Origin: a virus
Strand: one strand, 5' to 3'
IMG/VR virus record: IMGVR_UViG_3300027609_000006
Span: 1 to 58,096 of that record
DNA: 58,096 bases
Shown: positions 54,688 through 58,096 of the stretch, in pieces
Position numbering within the stretch: the first letter of the stretch is position 1
Layout of the letters: every line of letters begins with the position of its first letter
Notes under the pieces: model-generated
Seen by the model: the letters and a program-made list of their open reading frames with translations, nothing else
Told to the model about the DNA's origin: nothing
Databases searched by the model: none
Position numbers and translations under genes: made by a program

Positions 54688-54704
54688 TTATCCACTGTGG
54701 ATAA
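54688..54704. promoter_or_regulatory. Palindromic pair of DnaA-box-like 9-mers
   Basis: TTATCCACTGTGGATAA. The bottom strand reads TTATCCACA (perfect consensus) and the top strand TTATCCACT. Confidence 0.55.
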
Positions 54705-54711
54705 TCGATCC

Positions 54712-54882
54712 ATGGAACAATCCACCATCGACAAACTTGAAACAGCGCGGGAGATTGACGATCTGAACGACACGATCCACAGCCAGCGCTTAACTATCAC
54801 GTTTCAAGAGCAGCAACTTCGCTCGCTCCGCGTTCGCCTCAACCGGTACGAGGCCATTCTGGGAATGGAGGAAGCAGCGTGA
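54712..54882 (+). CDS. Small coiled-coil protein
   Basis: MEQSTIDKLETAREIDDLNDTIH. Confidence 0.45.
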   Translation: MEQSTIDKLETAREIDDLNDTIHSQRLTITFQEQQLRSLRVRLNRYEAILGMEEAA

Positions 54883-55346
54883 CCGCCTCAACTCCCTCGA
54901 ACATCCTGAAACTGGAGCCGAACGTTCAAACCGAAATAGCGCTGGTAACCAGCAGCGGTCTGGAAGTGCGCGGCAACTACGGCCCGCAGATGCTGTTCTC
55001 GCTCACCAGCAACCGCCGCCTCTACGTGCCGCTTGAAGTGGGCAAGGAAATCCAATCTCTCACTCTCACTCCCGGCCAGCCGTTCATCCTCACGAAGGCC
55101 ACGCGCGAGGGCCAGCGCGGTTTCGACTGGAAGGTGGAGCGGAAGCCCGTCGAGCAGATCGCAGCGCCGCACAGCCCGGCGAATCGCCCGCCTACCCAGC
55201 TTGAAACCGCACTGAAGACTGCGGTTCATGCCGCGAAGGAAGCGGAGCATTATGGATCTGCAATCGGCTACACGGTGCGGTTCAGCGAACAATCGATTAA
55301 GTCCATGGCTATCTCGCTGTTGATCGGCGTGCAGAGGGCGGCATGA
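54879..55346 (+). CDS. Hypothetical protein
   Basis: ORF track, GTGA overlap with the upstream ORF. Confidence 0.6.
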   Translation: MTASTPSNILKLEPNVQTEIALVTSSGLEVRGNYGPQMLFSLTSNRRLYVPLEVGKEIQSLTLTPGQPFILTKATREGQRGFDWKVERKPVEQIAAPHSPANRPPTQLETALKTAVHAAKEAEHYGSAIGYTVRFSEQSIKSMAISLLIGVQRAA

Positions 55347-56362
55347 AATTTGCAACCTTCGTAAACAAAGAAACGGGCGAGATCTTGATGGAAGCTTTCG
55401 GCCCGCCAAATGCGCGACTGGATGGAGATTCCCTCTCAGAGGCGATATATGCCCTTTCCGAAACCCTGATACGTGGCTGGAAACCGGAGAAGCGCGGTGG
55501 CTTTTTCGGTGGTGATTTCGGCTACGGTGTGGATTACGAAAACGATGTCTTCCTGATGCACCCAGACTACCAGGATTCCAAGTGCAAGTGCGGCCACGAT
55601 AGAGCCCGGCGCCGCATGGAAAAACAGCACATCCACTCAGAAGACTGCTTTACATCAATCGTTCAAAGAAAACTAGCGTTATGGCCAGAACCGTGTTTAA
55701 TTAACTGTTCGTCTCGGTGGGACCTTGAAGAAAAGATGGTTTTGAGATTGGGCGAGTCATTCGGCCTTCAAAAAGCCAATCAATGGGACTGCACATGCGG
55801 TGTTGACCAAAAGCGTAGGGCATGGTTCGACGAACATCCCCATGATTTTCGTTGCCCTATCGTTCTCCCCCAGTTCTGGTATAAGCCAACGAATTTAAAA
55901 GTGGACTGGTACAAATACATCGGTCGCGATATGGAGCCGAGTTCGCCCCTTAATTCCGATCAGTTTCGCGAGATCTTTTTAACCTGCTGGGAATCTATAC
56001 CAGAGGAAATCCGGGCCGCAGCGTTACGCGACGAAAAAGAGGAACAGGCAAATCGGCCCTCAGAGGAAGAACGCCGGGTGCTTGATGGCCACATGTTTGC
56101 CGTGATTGAACGCGTCATGCAATCGGATACCCTGTGTTGGCGCTGTTCCAAGGCAGGTCCGCTTGCCCGCATAGGCGGCATGTTTTCCAGTGGACCACAT
56201 GGTTGCGTAGCTAAGACATGCAAAGACAAAAGAGATCGGTGCAGGAATTGCGGCCGAGTCACCACGCCACTACAGGCCAGGATTTTGATGGAGCGTGAAA
56301 AGCGGAACAATGCGGGAATGTTCAAGGATCGGGTTTCGATCGGAGACAAGTTGCCGATTTAG
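55343..56362 (+). CDS. Cys/His-rich hypothetical protein (339 aa)
   Basis: ORF track, ATGA overlap with the upstream ORF. Confidence 0.7.
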   Translation: MKFATFVNKETGEILMEAFGPPNARLDGDSLSEAIYALSETLIRGWKPEKRGGFFGGDFGYGVDYENDVFLMHPDYQDSKCKCGHDRARRRMEKQHIHSEDCFTSIVQRKLALWPEPCLINCSSRWDLEEKMVLRLGESFGLQKANQWDCTCGVDQKRRAWFDEHPHDFRCPIVLPQFWYKPTNLKVDWYKYIGRDMEPSSPLNSDQFREIFLTCWESIPEEIRAAALRDEKEEQANRPSEEERRVLDGHMFAVIERVMQSDTLCWRCSKAGPLARIGGMFSSGPHGCVAKTCKDKRDRCRNCGRVTTPLQARILMEREKRNNAGMFKDRVSIGDKLPI

Positions 56363-56381
56363 CCATTCGCGGGATAGCCCC

Positions 56382-56438
56382 GCCATGTCGAACCCACCAA
56401 ACCTGACGTGAAAACGGATTAGCGGTGAGGCCAAACCA
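56382..56438. repeat. SAR arm at a convergent junction (R-form on the plus strand)
   Basis: CGCCATGTCGAACCCACC..AGCGGTGAGGCCAAACC. Confidence 0.85.
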
Positions 56439-56449
56439 TCCAAAAACGC

Positions 56450-57058
56450 CTACCTGGCAATCGCCCATCCACCCACCAACACGAGAGCCAACCCTCCGAC
56501 CAGCACTCCCCAGTCGGTGTCTGTGACTCCAGAGAAGTCTCCGGATGAGATTGCAGTTCCCAGATCGCTAAACGCCGTGTCCACCGAATCAAACACCCCC
56601 GACGTATCAACCGCCGGCACTCCCGCGGTTGCGTTTCCTGCCAGCGCATCGGCAATTGTGCTGTCTGGTGATACTCCGAGTGCGCTCGCGATCGTGTTGG
56701 CGTAGGCGGTGGGATCGTTCCCCGTCGGATTGCCGTTTGCGTCGGTTGCTGGCGCATACTTCGCCATCATCTGATTGATCGTCAGTCCCTGATTCGCGTA
56801 GGTTTGGATTTGGTTGACCAGCGCCTGTTCGCCGGCATCGTAGGTCGAAAAGGACGCGTAGTAGTATGGTGTACCCTTCATCGCAGGACCTTGTGTTGCT
56901 CCCGATTGCCCCATGTAGATCAGATTTCCCGGGTTGTTATTCGAATATGCCAGTGAGCCGGGATAGTAGCCTTCTACGGTTTGGATGGTCGAGGCGATGG
57001 TGGAGATGGCGGGTGATGTTTGTCCGAATCCTGAGAGGCCGATTAATCCGATGAGCAT
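56450..57058 (-). CDS. Tail-anchored protein with EG..NNPGNL domain (paralog of 10018..10377)
   Basis: N-terminus MLIGLIGLSGFGQT, then VEGYYPGSLAYSNNNPGNL, C-terminus WGVLVGGLALVLVGGWAIAR. Confidence 0.65.
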   Translation of the reverse strand: MLIGLIGLSGFGQTSPAISTIASTIQTVEGYYPGSLAYSNNNPGNLIYMGQSGATQGPAMKGTPYYYASFSTYDAGEQALVNQIQTYANQGLTINQMMAKYAPATDANGNPTGNDPTAYANTIASALGVSPDSTIADALAGNATAGVPAVDTSGVFDSVDTAFSDLGTAISSGDFSGVTDTDWGVLVGGLALVLVGGWAIAR

Positions 57059-57116
57059 GGTTTGGCCTCAGCGGGCAATGTGGCTTCGTGCGTCGTCTCG
57101 CGTTCGACATTCGAAG
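57059..57116 (-). repeat. SAR arm, R-form
   Basis: Minus strand CTTCGAATGTCGAACGCGAG..CCCGCTGAGGCCAAACC, then ATG 57058. It starts 3 nt after the tRNA 3' end. Confidence 0.9.
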
Positions 57117-57119
57117 TGT

Positions 57120-57194
57120 TGGAGCCTCTCCCGGGAATCGAACCCAGAACCTCCTGATTACGAATCAGGTGCTCTACCCTTGAGCTAGACAGGC
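57120..57194 (-). tRNA. trnT: tRNA-Thr (anticodon CGU), CCA encoded
   Basis: Minus strand GCCTGTC-TA-GCTC-AAGGGTA-GAGC-A-CCTGA-TTCGTAA-TCAGG-AGGTT-CTGGG-TTCGATT-CCCGG-GAGAGGC-T-CCA. Folds as a cloverleaf with one G-G mismatch in the acceptor stem. Confidence 0.9.
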
Positions 57195-57207
57195 CTTCTT
57201 CGAACGC

Positions 57208-57238
57208 ATTGTAACCAAACACTTTTATGGCATCGCAA
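57208..57238 (-). promoter_or_regulatory. Candidate promoter for the tRNA
   Basis: Minus strand TTGCGA-N19-TACAAT, with the -10 box 13 nt upstream of the tRNA 5' end. Confidence 0.35.
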
Positions 57239-57268
57239 ATAGGACACCAGCCGATAGGACACCAGCCG
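57239..57268. repeat. 15-bp perfect tandem duplication ATAGGACACCAGCCG x2
   Basis: Immediately upstream of the candidate tRNA promoter. Confidence 0.8.
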
Positions 57269-57458
57269 AAGGATGCTGGCATGGCGAGAACGAAACGTCT
57301 ATCCCGTATCAGTCGATTTACGACGCTCATCAGCCGATTGTGACGGGCACCTGGATTTCTATTCAACTGATCGCGGAATCGCTTGTCCCGTTTCTGGACC
57401 CCAACCAGTAGATAATGCTGGATGATGTGGCCTTTAGTGCAGAAGCGAAGCTTTATGC

Positions 57459-57516
57459 CGGCATGTCGAACGCTCCAAACTTCTGACGAAGCGCTCGACT
57501 GCGATGAGGCCGACAT
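57459..57516 (-). repeat. SAR arm, F-form
   Basis: Minus strand ATGTCGGCCTCATCGCAGTCG..GGAGCGTTCGACATGCCGGC. Confidence 0.9.
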
Positions 57517-57522
57517 AAAGAA

Positions 57523-58089
57523 TTAGGATTTGGCAGCTTCCGGAAGCGACGCGACCTGACGCTGTGCCGTGTCTCGTTCCTCGATGATCCGGGTGATTCC
57601 AGCGGTTGCGGTTTCGCCCTCTTTCAACTCGGGAACGAGCACTTCGCGGATGTGCCAAAGCAGCTCGGTTTGATCAGAGTGCGCGTCCCGTTCATCAAGA
57701 ACCCGAGTCAACGTATCCACCGGGGTTTCGTCGCCTTGCTTTTTGTCTTTCAGCAACTCGCACAGTGCCACACAGAGGATCTGGTTTTCGAGCACTGCCG
57801 AATTAGCTGTCGTGTCGATCGCGGCGGCCGGCGGCTCGGGATCCGGTTCGGCTTCCTGCGAAATCACGGTCGCCAGGTCGAACGAACTCCCCACACCTTC
57901 GTTATGCAGATAACGGCCGTCGTTGGACCAGGTCGCTTTGGACTCGATGTTGATACCGTTGGCTTCGTAGATGCACCCGTCCCAAATGCGCTTCTTGATC
58001 TCTTCCCCGCCTACTTTCTCGGTGACAAAGTGGTACCCGTCGATTTCGACCACGCGGTTATTTCGGGTGGAGTAGCGGCCGCGTGCCAT
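57523..58089 (-). CDS. Hypothetical protein (188 aa)
   Basis: ORF track. Its first 92 nt are repeated at 1..92 because of the terminal overlap. Confidence 0.65.
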   Translation of the reverse strand: MARGRYSTRNNRVVEIDGYHFVTEKVGGEEIKKRIWDGCIYEANGINIESKATWSNDGRYLHNEGVGSSFDLATVISQEAEPDPEPPAAAIDTTANSAVLENQILCVALCELLKDKKQGDETPVDTLTRVLDERDAHSDQTELLWHIREVLVPELKEGETATAGITRIIEERDTAQRQVASLPEAAKS

Positions 58090-58096
58090 GGGTGCC
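57998..58096. repeat. Terminal direct repeat, right copy
   Basis: Identical to 1..99. Confidence 0.95.

Noticed and set aside
187-57516. Could the dense repeats be a CRISPR array or arrays?
   Set aside because: The copies are not direct repeats with regular 30-40-nt spacers. They occur in both orientations, are separated by whole genes, and sit at start codons. I recognise no cas genes.
57043-57516. 157-aa minus-strand ORF from the track.
   Set aside because: It runs straight through the tRNA-Thr gene and both SAR arms. It is open mainly because the arms lack stops. The middle part holds promoter-like and tandem-repeat sequence.
1-58096. Alternative genetic code or stop-codon reassignment.
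   Set aside because: Long uninterrupted ORFs (up to 689 aa) and consistent stop-start overlaps are all explained with the standard code.

Overview
The window is a complete circular or terminally redundant element of about 57,997 bp: the first 99 nt are identical to the last 99 nt. It carries about 105 tightly packed ORFs in long co-directional blocks, with many ATGA/TAATG/GTGA stop-start overlaps, and one tRNA-Thr(CGU). All calls come from reading the sequence and recalling motifs; no searches were run.

Gene content looks viral:
- a replisome-organizer-like initiator with internal 21-bp iterons
- a small serine recombinase and a Dam-like MTase
- an FtsK/HerA-type ATPase plus a truncated second copy
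- an 8-kb run of tail-anchored Cys/Thr/Ala-rich membrane proteins
- several beta-rich candidate capsid proteins
- glycosyltransferases and holin/spanin-like genes
- secreted GH43-like and S53 enzymes
- two accessory islands (DUF3800; PIN)

I recognise no HK97 capsid, portal, large terminase or tail genes. A tailless, membrane-containing dsDNA phage is my inference.

The main finding is a family of ~58-nt repeat arms, here called SAR arms. I located 62 loci, about 67 arms. Read in the direction of local transcription they occur in two reverse-complementary forms:
- F-form: TTTGGCCTCAyCG..GCGTTCGACCAGGAGrGG
- R-form: CTCCTGGTCGrrCGC..CGAAGCC..GAGGCCAAA

Both forms end in a Shine-Dalgarno-like block a few nt before a start codon. 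Five loci carry an F-form plus an R-form in one gap; four of these fold as ~150-nt hairpins with strand-specific G.U pairs, and the three hairpins in the plus-strand block each encode a 50-54 codon micro-ORF coupled by stop-start overlap to both neighbouring genes. Elsewhere the arms bracket small Zn-ribbon ORFs and the tRNA like cassettes.

Second finding: two members of a small TIR element family with perfect 8-bp target-site duplications, one carrying only the Dam-like MTase. Both are inserted in the A-rich spacer between an R-form arm and a start codon.
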